Below, in pieces: positions 9,257 to 23,300 of a stretch of 64,000 nucleotides of DNA. The position numbers and the translations under genes were made by a program. The stretch is taken from positions 21,576,001 to 21,640,000 of the forward strand of contig OZ059895.1 of assembly GCA_964057225.1 (NCBI GenBank), read 5' to 3'. The first letter of the stretch is position 1, and every line of letters begins with the position of its first letter. A model generated the notes under the pieces. That model did no database searches, was not told where the DNA came from, and saw only the letters and a program-made list of their open reading frames with translations. The stretch is from Auanema rhodensis (taxonomy: Eukaryota; Animalia; Nematoda).

Positions 9257-12200
9257 GTGCTAGATTATTTTGAAATTTCTCGAAAAAATTTTTGTCAAAA
9301 TGTTTTTGGAAGCAATGTTGAGTGTACATGGAAACTCAACATACACTAATGCATAATTTTTCAAACGATCATAACTAATTTTTGTATTAAGCGTTTCTCA
9401 GTGTAGTACAGTGCATTCGATGCGGATTTTTAAGCTGCGTCGATCTGTGTTCTCAGATTTGCGCTAGCTTAAAAATGCACCGAGATATCAACTGATATAA
9501 GTTCACACTTATATCCTCGATTTTCACCCTGAAGAATTGATTTTTTCGTTGAATCACATTGTCCATCGTCTTTGCCTTGAAAAAAGGAATCTGAAAACAT
9601 CTACTTTTGCTAGATTATTTTGAAATTTCTCGAAAAAATTTTTGTCAAAATGTTTTTGGAAGCAATGTTGAGTGTACATGGAAACTCAACATACACTAAT
9701 GCATCATTTTTCAAACGATCATAACTAATTTTTCTATAAAGCGTTTCTCAATGTAGTATAGTGCATTCGATGCGGATTTTTAAGCTGCGTCGATCTGTGT
9801 TCTCAGATTTGCGCTAGCTTAAAAATGCACCGAGATATCAACTGATATAAGTTCACACTTATATCCTCGATTTTCACCCTGAAGAATTAATTTTTTCGTT
9901 GAATAACAATGTCCATCGTCTTTGCCTTGAAAAAAGGAATCTAAAAACATCTACTTTTTGCTAAATTATATTGAAATTTTTCGAAAAAATTTTTGTCAAA
10001 ATGTTTTTGGAAGCAATGTTGAGTGTACATGGAAACTCAACATACACTAATGCATCATTTTTCAAACGATCATAACTAATTTTTCTATAAAGCGTTTCTC
10101 AATGTAGTATAGTGCATTCGATGCGGATTTTTAAGCTGCGTCGATCTGTGTTATCAGATTTGCGCTAGCTTAAAAATGCACCGAGATATCAACTGATATA
10201 AGTTCACACTTATATCCTCGATTTTCACCCTGAAGAATAGATTTTTTCGTTGAATAACATTGTCCATCGTCTTTGCCTTGAAAAAATGAATCTAAAAACA
10301 TCTACTTTTGCTAGATTATTTTGAAATTTCTCGAAAAAATTTTTGTCAAAATGTTTTTGGAAGCAATGTTGAGTGTACATGGAAACTCAACATACACTAA
10401 TGCATCATTTTTCAAACGATCATAACTAATTTTTCTATAAAGCGTTTCTCAATGTAGTATAGTGCATTCGATGCGGATTTTTAAGCTGCGTCGATCTGTG
10501 TTATCAGATTTGCGCTAGCTTAAAAATGCACCGAGATATCAACTGATATAAGTTCACACTTATATCCTCGATTTTCACCCTGAAGAATTAATTTTTTCGT
10601 TGAATAACATTGTCCATCGTCTTTGCCTTGAAAAAAGGAATCTAAGAACATCTACTTTTTGCTAAATTATATTGAAAATTTCTCGAAAAAATTTTTGTCA
10701 AAATGTTTTTGGAAGCAATGTTGAGTGTACATGGAAACTCAACATACACTAATGCATAATTTTTCAAACGATCATAACTAATTTTTCTATAAAGCGTTTC
10801 TCAATGTAGTATAGTGCATTCGATGCGGATTTTTAAGCTGCGTCGATCTGTGTTCTCAGATTTGCGCTAGCGTAAAAATGCACCGAGATATCAACTGATA
10901 TAAGTTCACACTTATATCCTCGATTTTCACCCTGAAGAATTGATTTTTTCGTTGAATTACATTGTCCATCGTCTTTGCCTTGGAAAAAGGAATCTAAAAA
11001 CATCTACTTTTGCTAGATTATTTTGAAATTTCTCGAAAAAATTTTTGTCAAAATGTTTTTGGAAGCAATGTTGAGTGTACATGGAAACTCAACATACACT
11101 AATGCATAATTTTTCAAACGATCATAACTAATTTTTGTATTAAGCGTTTCTCAATGTAGTATAGTGCATTCGATGCGGATTTTTAAGCTGCGTCGATCTG
11201 TGTTATCAGATTTGCGCTAGCTTAAAAATGCACCGAGATATCAACTGATATAAGTTCACACTTATATCCTCGATTTTCACCCTGAAGAATTAATTTTTTC
11301 GTTGAATAACAATGTCCATCGTCTTTGCCTTGAAAAAAGGAATCTAAAAACATCTACTTTTTGCTAAATTATATTGAAATTTTTCGAAAAAATTTTTGTC
11401 AAAATGTTTTTGGAAGCAATGTTGAGTGTACATGGAAACTCAACATACACTAATGCATAATTTTTCAAACGATCATAACTAAATTTTGTATTAAGCGTTT
11501 CTCAATGTAGTATAGTGCATTCGATGCGGATTTTTAAGCTGCGTCGATCTGTGTTATCAGATTTGCGCTAGCTTAAAAATGCACCGAGATATCAACTGAT
11601 ATAAGTTCACACTTATATCCTCGATTTTCAACCTGAAGAATTAATTTTTTCGTTGAATAACATTGTCCATCGTCTTTGCCTTAAAAAAAGGAATCTAAAA
11701 ACATCTACTTTTTGATAAATTATTTTAAAATTTTTCGAAAAAATTTTTGTCAAAATGTTTTTGGAAGCAATGTTGAGTGTACATGGAAACTCAACATACA
11801 CTAATGCATCATTTTTCAAACGATCATAACTAATTTTTCTATAAAGCGTTTCTCAATGTAGTATAGTGCATTCGATGCGGATTTTTAAGCTGCGTCGATC
11901 TGTGTTATCAGATTTGCGCTAGCTTAAAAATGCACCGAGATATCAACTGATATAAGTTCACACTTATATCCTCGATTTTCAACCTGAAGAATTAATTTTT
12001 TCGTTGAATAACATTGTCCATCGTCTTTGCCTTAAAAAAAGGAATCTAAAAACATCTACTTTTTGATAAATTATTTTAAAATTTTTCGAAAAAATTTTTG
12101 TCAAAATGTTTTTGGAAGCAATGTTGAGTGTACATGGAAACTCAACATACACTAATGCATCATTTTTCAAACGATCATAACTAATTTTTCTATAAAGCGT

Positions 12201-15200
12201 TTCTCAATGTAGTATAGTGCATTCGATGCGGATTTTTAAGCTGCGTCGATCTGTGTTATCAGATTTGCGCTAGCTTAAAAATGCACCGAGATATCAACTG
12301 ATATAAGTTCACACTTATATCCTCGATTTTCACCCTGAAGAATTAATTTTTTCGTTGAATAACATTGTCCATCGTCTTTGCCTTAAAAAAAGGAATCTAA
12401 AAACATCTACTTTTTGATAAATTATTTTAAAATTTTTCGAAAAAATTTTTGTCAAAATGTTTTTGGAAGCAATGTTGAGTGTACATGGAAACTCAACATA
12501 CACTAATGCATAATTTTTCAAACGATCATAACTAATTTTTGTATTAAGCGTTTCTCAGTGTAGTATAGTGCATTCGATGCGGATTTTTAAGCTGCGTCGA
12601 TCTGTGTTCTCAGATTTGCGCTAGCGTAAAAATGCACCGAGATATCAACTGATATAAGTTCACACTTATATCCTCGATTTTCACCCTGAAGAATTGATTT
12701 TTTCGTTGAATAACATTGTCCATCGTCTTTGCCTTGAAAAAAGGAATCTAAAAACATCTACTTTCGCTAGATTATTTTGAAATTTCTCGAAAAAATTTTT
12801 GTCAAAATGTTTTTGGAAGCAATGTTGAGTGTACATGGAAACTCAACATACACTAATGCATCATTTTTCAAACCATCATAACTAATTTTTGTATTAAGCG
12901 TTTCTCAGTGTAGTATAGTGCATTCGATGCGGATTTTTAAGCTGCGTCGATCTGTGTTCTCAGATTTGCGCTAGCGTAAAAATGCACCGAGATATCAACT
13001 GATATAAGTTCACACTTATATCCTCGATTTTCACCCTGAAGAATTGATTTTTTCGTTGAATTACATTGTCCATCGTCTTTGCCTTGGAAAAAGGAATCTA
13101 AAAACATCTACTTTTGCTAGATTATTTTGAAATTTCTCGAAAAAATTTTTGTCAAAATGTTTTTGGAAGCAATGTTGAGTGTACATGGAAACTCAACATA
13201 CACTAATGCATAATTTTTCAAACGATCATAACTAATTTTTGTATTAAGCGTTTCTCAATGTAGTATAGTGCATTCGATGCGGATTTTTAAGCTGCGTCGA
13301 TCTGTGTTATCAGATTTGCGCTAGCTTAAAAATGCACCGAGATATCAACTGATATAAGTTCACACTTATATCCTCGATTTTCACCCTGAAGAATTAATTT
13401 TTTCGTTGAATAACAATGTCCATCGTCTTTGCCTTGAAAAAAGGAATCTAAAAACATCTACTTTTTGCTAAATTATATTGAAATTTTTCGAAAAAATTTT
13501 TGTCAAAATGTTTTTGGAAGCAATGTTGAGTGTACATGGAAACTCAACATACACTAATGCATCATTTTTCAAACGATCATAACTAATTTTTCTATAAAGC
13601 GTTTCTCAATGTAGTATAGTGCATTCGATGCGGATTTTTAAGCTGCGTCGATCTGTGTTATCAGATTTGCGCTAGCTTAAAAATGCACCGAGATATCAAC
13701 TGATATAAGTTCACACTTATATCCTCGATTTTCACCCTGAAGAATTAATTTTTTCGTTGAATAACATTGTCCATCGTCTTTGCCTTAAAAAAAGGAATCT
13801 AAAAACATCTACTTTTTGATAAATTATTTTAAAATTTTTCGAAAAAATTTTTGTCAAAATGTTTTTGGAAGCAATGTTGAGTGTACATGGAAACTCAACA
13901 TACACTAATGCATAATTTTTCAAACGATCATAACTAAATTTTGTATTAAGCGTTTCTCAATGTAGTATAGTGCATTCGATGCGGATTTTTAAGCTGCGTC
14001 GATCTGTGTTATCAGATTTGCGCTAGCTTAAAAATGCACCGAGATATCAACTGATATAAGTTCACACTTATATCCTCGATTTTCAACCTGAAGAATTAAT
14101 TTTTTCGTTGAATAACATTGTCCATCGTCTTTGCCTTAAAAAAAGGAATCTAAAAACATCTACTTTTTGATAAATTATTTTAAAATTTTTCGAAAAAATT
14201 TTTGTCAAAATGTTTTTGGAAGCAATGTTGAGTGTACATGGAAACTCAACATACACTAATGCATCATTTTTCAAACGATCATAACTAATTTTTCTATAAA
14301 GCGTTTCTCAATGTAGTATAGTGCATTCGATGCGGATTTTTAAGCTGCGTCGATCTGTGTTATCAGATTTGCGCTAGCTTAAAAATGCACCGAGATATCA
14401 ACTGATATAAGTTCACACTTATATCCTCGATTTTCAACCTGAAGAATTAATTTTTTCGTTGAATAACATTGTCCATCGTCTTTGCCTTAAAAAAAGGAAT
14501 CTAAAAACATCTACTTTTTGATAAATTATTTTAAAATTTTTCGAAAAAATTTTTGTCAAAATGTTTTTGGAAGCAATGTTGAGTGTACATGGAAACTCAA
14601 CATACACTAATGCATCATTTTTCAAACGATCATAACTAATTTTTCTATAAAGCGTTTCTCAATGTAGTATAGTGCATTCGATGCGGATTTTTAAGCTGCG
14701 TCGATCTGTGTTATCAGATTTGCGCTAGCTTAAAAATGCACCGAGATATCAACTGATATAAGTTCACACTTATATCCTCGATTTTCACCCTGAAGAATTA
14801 ATTTTTTCGTTGAATAACATTGTCCATCGTCTTTGCCTTAAAAAAAGGAATCTAAAAACATCTACTTTTTGATAAATTATTTTAAAATTTTTCGAAAAAA
14901 TTTTTGTCAAAATGTTTTTGGAAGCAATGTTGAGTGTACATGGAAACTCAACATACACTAATGCATAATTTTTCAAACGATCATAACTAATTTTTGTATT
15001 AAGCGTTTCTCAGTGTAGTATAGTGCATTCGATGCGGATTTTTAAGCTGCGTCGATCTGTGTTATCAGATTTGCGCTAGCTTGAAAATGCACCGAGATAT
15101 CAACTGATATAAGTTCACACTTATATCCTCGATTTTCACCCTGAAGAATTGATTTTTTCGTTGAATAACATTGTCCATCGTCTTTGCCTTGAAAAAAGGA

Positions 15201-18200
15201 ATCTAAAAACATCTACTTTCGCTAGATTATTTTGAAATTTCTCGAAAAAATTTTTGTCAAAATGTTTTTGGAAGCAATGTTGAGTGTACATGGAAACTCA
15301 ACATACACTAATGCATCATTTTTCAAACGATCATAACTAATTTTTGTATTAAGCGTTTCTCAGTGTAGTATAGTGCATTCGATGCGGATTTTTGAGCTGC
15401 GTCGATCTGTGTTATCAGATTTGCGCTAGCTTAAAAATGCACCGAGATATCAACTGATATAAGTTCACACTTATATCCTCGATTTTCACCCTGAAGAATT
15501 AATTTTTTCGTTGAATAACAATGTCCATCGTCTTTGCCTTGAAAAAAGGAATCTAAAAACATCTACTTTTTGCTAAATTATATTGAAATTTTTCGAAAAA
15601 ATTTTTGTCAAAATGTTTTTGGAAGCAATGTTGAGTGTACATGGAAACTCAACATACACTAATGCATCATTTTTCAAACGATCATAACTAATTTTTCTAT
15701 AAAGCGTTTCTCAATGTAGTATAGTGCATTCGATGCGGATTTTTAAGCTGCGTCGATCTGTGTTATCAGATTTGCGCTAGCTTAAAAATGCACCGAGATA
15801 TCAACTGATATAAGTTCACACTTATATCCTCGATTTTCACCCTGAAGAATTAATTTTTTCGTTGAATAACATTGTCCATCGTCTTTGCCTTGAAAAAAGG
15901 AATCTAAGAACATCTACTTTTTGCTAAATTATATTGAAAATTTCTCGAAAAAATTTTTGTCAAAATGTTTTTGGAAGCAATGTTGAGTGTACATGGAAAC
16001 TCAACATACACTAATGCATAATTTTTCAAACGATCATAACTAATTTTTCTATAAAGCGTTTCTCAATGTAGTATAGTGCATTCGATGCGGATTTTTAAGC
16101 TGCGTCGATCTGTGTTCTCAGATTTGCGCTAGCGTAAAAATGCACCGAGATATCAACTGATATAAGTTCACACTTATATCCTCGATTTTCACCCTGAAGA
16201 ATTGATTTTTTCGTTGAATAACATTGTCCATCGTCTTTGCCTTGGAAAAAGGAATCTAAAAACATCTACTTTTGCTAGATTATTTTGAAATTTCTCGAAA
16301 AAATTTTTGTCAAAATGTTTTTGGAAGCAATGTTGAGTGTACATGGAAACTCAACATACACTAATGCATAATTTTTCAAACGATCATAACTAATTTTTGT
16401 ATTAAGCGTTTCTCAATGTAGTATAGTGCATTCGATGCGGATTTTTAAGCTGCGTCGATCTGTGTTATCAGATTTGCGCTAGCTTAAAAATGCACCGAGA
16501 TATCAACTGATATAAGTTCACACTTATATCCTCGATTTTCACCCTGAAGAATTAATTTTTTCGTTGAATAACAATGTCCATCGTCTTTGCCTTGAAAAAA
16601 GGAATCTAAAAACATCTACTTTTTGCTAAATTATATTGAAATTTTTCGAAAAAATTTTTGTCAAAATGTTTTTGGAAGCAATGTTGAGTGTACATGGAAA
16701 CTCAACATACACTAATGCATCATTTTTCAAACGATCATAACTAATTTTTCTATAAAGCGTTTCTCAATGTAATATAGTGCATTCGATGCGGATTTTTAAG
16801 CTGCGTCGATCTGTGTTATCAGATTTGCGCTAGCTTAAAAATGCACCGAGATATCAACTGATATAAGTTCACACTTATATCCTCGATTTTCACCCTGAAG
16901 AATTAATTTTTTCGTTGAATAACATTGTCCATCGTCTTTGCCTTAAAAAAAGGAATCTAAAAACATCTACTTTTTGATAAATTATTTTAAAATTTTTCGA
17001 AAAAATTTTTGTCAAAATGTTTTTGGAAGCAATGTTGAGTGTACATGGAAACTCAACATACACTAATGCATCATTTTTCAAACGATCATAACTAATTTTT
17101 CTATAAAGCGTTTCTCAATGTAGTATAGTGCATTCGATGCGGATTTTTAAGCTGCGTCGATCTGTGTTATCAGATTTGCGCTAGCTTAAAAATGCACCGA
17201 GATATCAACTGATATAAGTTCACACTTATATCCTCGATTTTCAACCTGAAGAATTAATTTTTTCGTTGAATAACATTGTCCATCGTCTTTGCCTTAAAAA
17301 AAGGAATCTAAAAACATCTACTTTTTGATAAATTATTTTAAAATTTTTCGAAAAAATTTTTGTCAAAATGTTTTTGGAAGCAATGTTGAGTGTACATGGA
17401 AACTCAACATACACTAATGCATCATTTTTCAAACGATCATAACTAATTTTTCTATAAAGCGTTTCTCAGTGTAGTATAGTGCATTCGATGCGGATTTTTA
17501 AGCTGCGTCGATCTGTGTTATCAGATTTGCGCTAGCGTAAAAATGCACCGAGATATCAACTGATATAAGTTCACACTTATATCCTCGATTTTCACCCTGA
17601 AGAATTGATTTTTTCGTTGAATAACATTGTCCATCGTCTTTGCCTTGGAAAAAGGAATCTAAAAACATCTACTTTTGCTAGATTATTTTGAAATTTCTCG
17701 AAAAAATTTTTGTCAAAATGTTTTTGGAAGCAATGTTGAGTGTACATGGAAACTCAACATACACTAATGCATAATTTTTCAAACGATCATAACTAATTTT
17801 TGTATTAAGCGTTTCTCAATGTAGTATAGTGCATTCGATGCGGATTTTTAAGCTGCGTCGATCTGTGTTATCAGATTTGCGCTAGCTTAAAAATGCACCG
17901 AGATATCAACTGATATAAGTTCACACTTATATCCTCGATTTTCACCCTGAAGAATTAATTTTTTCGTTGAATAACAATGTCCATCGTCTTTGCCTTGAAA
18001 AAAGGAATCTAAAAACATCTACTTTTTGCTAAATTATATTGAAATTTTTCGAAAAAATTTTTGTCAAAATGTTTTTGGAAGCAATGTTGAGTGTACATGG
18101 AAACTCAACATACACTAATGCATCATTTTTCAAACGATCATAACTAATTTTTTTATAAAGCGTTTCTCAATGTAGTATAGTGCATTCGATGCGGATTTTT

Positions 18201-20349
18201 AAGCTGCGTCGATCTGTGTTATCAGATTTGCGCTAGCTTAAAAATGCACCGAGATATCAACTGATATAAGTTCACACTTATATCCTCGATTTTCACCCTG
18301 AAGAATTAATTTTTTCGTTGAATAACATTGTCCATCGTCTTTGCCTTAAAAAAAGGAATCTAAAAACATCTACTTTTTGATAAATTATTTTAAAATTTTT
18401 CGAAAAAATTTTTGTCAAAATGTTTTTGGAAGCAATGTTGAGTGTACATGGAAACTCAACATACACTAATGCATCATTTTTCAAACGATCATAACTAATT
18501 TTTCTATAAAGCGTTTCTCAATGTAGTATAGTGCATTCGATGCGGATTTTTAAGCTGCGTCGATCTGTGTTATCAGATTTGCGCTAGCTTAAAAATGCAC
18601 CGAGATATCAACTGATATAAGTTCACACTTATATCCTCGATTTTCAACCTGAAGAATTAATTTTTTCGTTGAATAACATTGTCCATCGTCTTTGCCTTAA
18701 AAAAAGGAATCTAAAAACATCTACTTTTTGATAAATTATTTTAAAATTTTTCGAAAAAATTTTTGTCAAAATGTTTTTGGAAGCAATGTTGAGTGTACAT
18801 GGAAACTCAACATACACTAATGCATCATTTTTCAAACGATCATAACTAATTTTTCTATAAAGCGTTTCTCAATGTAGTATAGTGCATTCGATGCGGATTT
18901 TTAAGCTGCGTCGATCTGTGTTATCAGATTTGCGCTAGCTTAAAAATGCACCGAGATATCAACTGATATAAGTTCACACTTATATCCTCGATTTTCAACC
19001 TGAAGAATTAATTTTTTCGTTGAATAACATTGTCCATCGTCTTTGCCTTAAAAAAAGGAATCTAAAAACATCTACTTTTTGATAAATTATTTTAAAATTT
19101 TTCGAAAAAATTTTTGTCAAAATGTTTTTGGAAGCAATGTTGAGTGTACATGGAAACTCAACATACACTAATGCATCATTTTTCAAACGATCATAACTAA
19201 TTTTTCTATAAAGCGTTTCTCAATGTAGTATAGTGCATTCGATGCGGATTTTTAAGCTGCGTCGATCTGTGTTATCAGATTTGCGCTAGCTTAAAAATGC
19301 ACCGAGATATCAACTGATATAAGTTCACACTTATATCCTCGATTTTCACCCTGAAGAATTAATTTTTTCGTTGAATAACATTGTCCATCGTCTTTGCCTT
19401 AAAAAAAGGAATCTAAAAACATCTACTTTTTGATAAATTATTTTAAAATTTTTCGAAAAAATTTTTGTCAAAATGTTTTTGGAAGCAATGTTGAGTGTAC
19501 ATGGAAACTCAACATACACTAATGCATAATTTTTCAAACGATCATAACTAATTTTTGTATTAAGCGTTTCTCAGTGTAGTATAGTGCATTCGATGCGGAT
19601 TTTTAAGCTGCGTCGATCTGTGTTATCAGATTTGCGCTAGCTTGAAAATGCACCGAGATATCAACTGATATAAGTTCACACTTATATCCTCGATTTTCAC
19701 CCTGAAGAATTGATTTTTTCGTTGAATAACATTGTCCATCGTCTTTGCCTTGAAAAAAGGAATCTAAAAACATCTACTTTCGCTAGATTATTTTGAAATT
19801 TCTCGAAAAAAGTTTTGTCAAAATGTTTTTGGAAGCAATGTTGAGTGTACATGGAAACTCAACATACACTAATGCATCATTTTTCAAACGATCATAACTA
19901 ATTTTTGTATTAAGCGTTTCTCAGTGTAGTATAGTGCATTCGATGCGGATTTTTGAGCTGCGTCGATCTGTGTTATCAGATTTGCGCAAGCTTAAAAATG
20001 CACCGAGATATCAACTGATATAAGTTCACACTTATATCCTCGATTTTCACCCTGAAGAATTAATTTTTTCGTTGAATAACATTGTCCATCGTCTTTGCCT
20101 TAAAAAAAGGAATCTAAAAACATCTACTTTTTGATAAATTATTTTAAAATTTTTCGAAAAAATTTTTGTCAAAATGTTTTTGGAAGCAATGTTGAGTGTA
20201 CATGGAAACTCAACATACACTAATGCATAATTTTTCAAACGATCATAACTAATTTTTGTATTAAGCGTTTCTCAATGTAGTATAGTGCATTCGATGCGGA
20301 TTTTTGAGCTGCGTCGATCTGTGTTATCAGATTTGCGCTAGCTTAAAAA

Positions 20350-23300
20350 TGCACCGAGATATCAACTGATATAAGTTCACACTTATATCCTCGATTTTCA
20401 CCCTGAAGAATTAATTTTTTCGTTGAATAACATTGTCCATCGTCTTTGCTTTAAAAAAAAGAATCTAAAAACATCTACTTTTTGATAAATTATTTTAAAA
20501 TTTCTCGAAAAAATTTTTGTCAAAATGTTTTTGGAAGCAATGTTGAGTGTACATGGAAACTCAACATACACTAATGCATCATTTTTCAAACGATCATAAC
20601 TAATTTTTGTATTAAGCGTTTCTCAGTGTAGTATAGTGCATTCGATGCGGATTTTTGAGCTGCGTCGATCTGTGTTATCAGATTTGCGCTAGCTTAAAAA
20701 TGCACCGAGATATCAACTGATATAAGTTCACACTTATATCCTCGATTTTCACCCTGAAGAATTAATTTTTTCGTTGAATAACAATGTCCATCGTCTTTGC
20801 CTTGAGAAAAGGAATCTAAAAACATCTACTTTTTGCTAAATTATATTGAAATTTTTCGAAAAAATTTTTGTCAAAATGTTTTTGGAAGCAATGTTGAGTG
20901 TACATGGAAACTCAACATACACTAATGCATCATTTTTCAAACGATCATAACTAATTTTTCTATAAAGCGTTTCTCAATGTAGTATAGTGCATTCGATGCG
21001 GATTTTTAAGCTGCGTCGATCTGTGTTATCAGATTTGCGCTAGCTTAAAAATGCACCGAGATATCAACTGATATAAGTTCACACTTATATCCTCGATTTT
21101 CACCCTGAAGAATTAATTTTTTCGTTGAATAACATTGTCCATCGTCTTTGCCTTAAAAAAAGGAATCTAAAAACATCTACTTTTTGATAAATTATTTCAA
21201 ATTTTTCGAAAAAATTTTTGTCAAAATGTTTTTGGAAGCAATGTTGAGTGTACATGGAAACTCAACATACACTAATGCATAATTTTTCAAACGATCATAA
21301 CTAATTTTTGTATTAAGCGTTTCTCAGTGTAGTATAGTGCATTCGATGCGGATTTTTAAGCTGCGTCGATCTGTGTTATCAGATTTGCGCTAGCTTGAAA
21401 ATGCACCGAGATATCAACTGATATAAGTTCACACTTATATCCTCGATTTTCACCCTGAAGAATTGATTTTTTCGTTGAATAACATTGTCCATCGTCTTTG
21501 CCTTGAAAAAAGGAATCTAAAAACATCTACTTTCGCTAGATTATTTTGAAATTTCTCGAAAAAATTTTTGTCAAAATGTTTTTGGAAGCAATGTTGAGTG
21601 TACATGGAAACTCAACATACACTAATGCATCATTTTTCAAACGATCATAACTAATTTTTGTATTAAGCGTTTCTCAGTGTAGTATAGTGCATTCGATGCG
21701 GATTTTTGAGCTGCGTCGATCTGTGTTATCAGATTTGCGCTAGCTTAAAAATGCACCGAGATATCAACTGATATAAGTTCACACTTATATCCTCGATTTT
21801 CACCCTGAAGAATTAATTTTTTCGTTGAATAACAATGTCCATCGTCTTTGCCTTGAAAAAAGGAATCTAAAAACATCTACTTTTTGCTAAATTATATTGA
21901 AATTTTTCGAAAAAATTTTTGTCAAAATGTTTTTGGAAGCAATGTTGAGTGTACATGGAAACTCAACATACACTAATGCATCATTTTTCAAACGATCATA
22001 ACTAATTTTTCTATAAAGCGTTTCTCAATGTAGTATAGTGCATTCGATGCGGATTTTTAAGCTGCGTCGATCTGTGTTATCAGATTTGCGCTAGCTTAAA
22101 AATGCACCGAGATATCAACTGATATAAGTTCACACTTATATCCTCGATTTTCACCCTGAGGAATTGATTTTTTCGTTGAATAACATTGTCCATCGTCTTT
22201 GCCTTGAAAAAAGGAATCTAAAAACATCTACTTTTGCTAGATTATTTTGAAATTTCTCGAAAAAATTTTTGTCAAAATGTTTTTGGAAGCAATGTTGAGT
22301 GTACATGGAAACTCAACATACACTAATGCATCATTTTTCAAACGATCATAACTAATTTTTCTATAAAGCGTTTCTCAATGTAGTATAGTGCATTCGATGC
22401 GGATTTTTAAGCTGCGTCGATCTGTGTTATCAGATTTGCGCTAGCTTAAAAATGCACCGAGATATCAACTGATATAAGTTCACACTTATATCCTCGATTT
22501 TCAACCTGAAGAATTAATTTTTTCGTTGAATAACATTGTCCATCGTCTTTGCCTTGAAAAAAGGAATCTAAAAACATCTACTTTTTGCTAAATTATATTG
22601 AAATTTTTCGAAAAAATTTTTGTCAAAATGTTTTTGGAAGCAATGTTGAGTGTACATGGAAACTCAACATACACTAATGCATCATTTTTCAAACGATCAT
22701 AACTAATTTTTCTATAAAGCGTTTCTCAATGTAGTATAGTGCATTCGATGCGGATTTTTAAGCTGCGTCGATCTGTGTTCTGAGATTTGCGCTAGCTTAA
22801 AAATGCACCGAGATATCAACTGATATAAGTTCACACTTATATCCTCGATTTTCACCCTGAAGAATTAATTTTTTCGTTGAATAACATTGTCCATCGTCTT
22901 TGCCTTAAAAAAAGGAATCTAAAAACATCTACTTGTGCTAGATTATTTTGAAATTTCTCAAAAAAATTTTTGTCAAAATGTTTTTGGAAGCAATGTTGAG
23001 TGTACATGGAAACTCAACATACACTAATGCATCATTTTTCAAACGATCATAACTAATTTTTCTATAAAGCGTTTCTCAATGTAGTATAGTGCATTCGATG
23101 CGGATTTTTAAGCTGCGTCGATCTGTGTTCTCAGATTTGCGCTAGCTTAAAAATGCACCGAGATATCAACTGATATAAGTTCACACTTATATCCTCGATT
23201 TTCACCCTGAAGAATTAATTTTTTCGTTGAATAACATTGTCCATCGTCTTTGCCTTAAAAAAAGAAATCTAAAAACATCTACTTGTGCTAGATTATTTTG

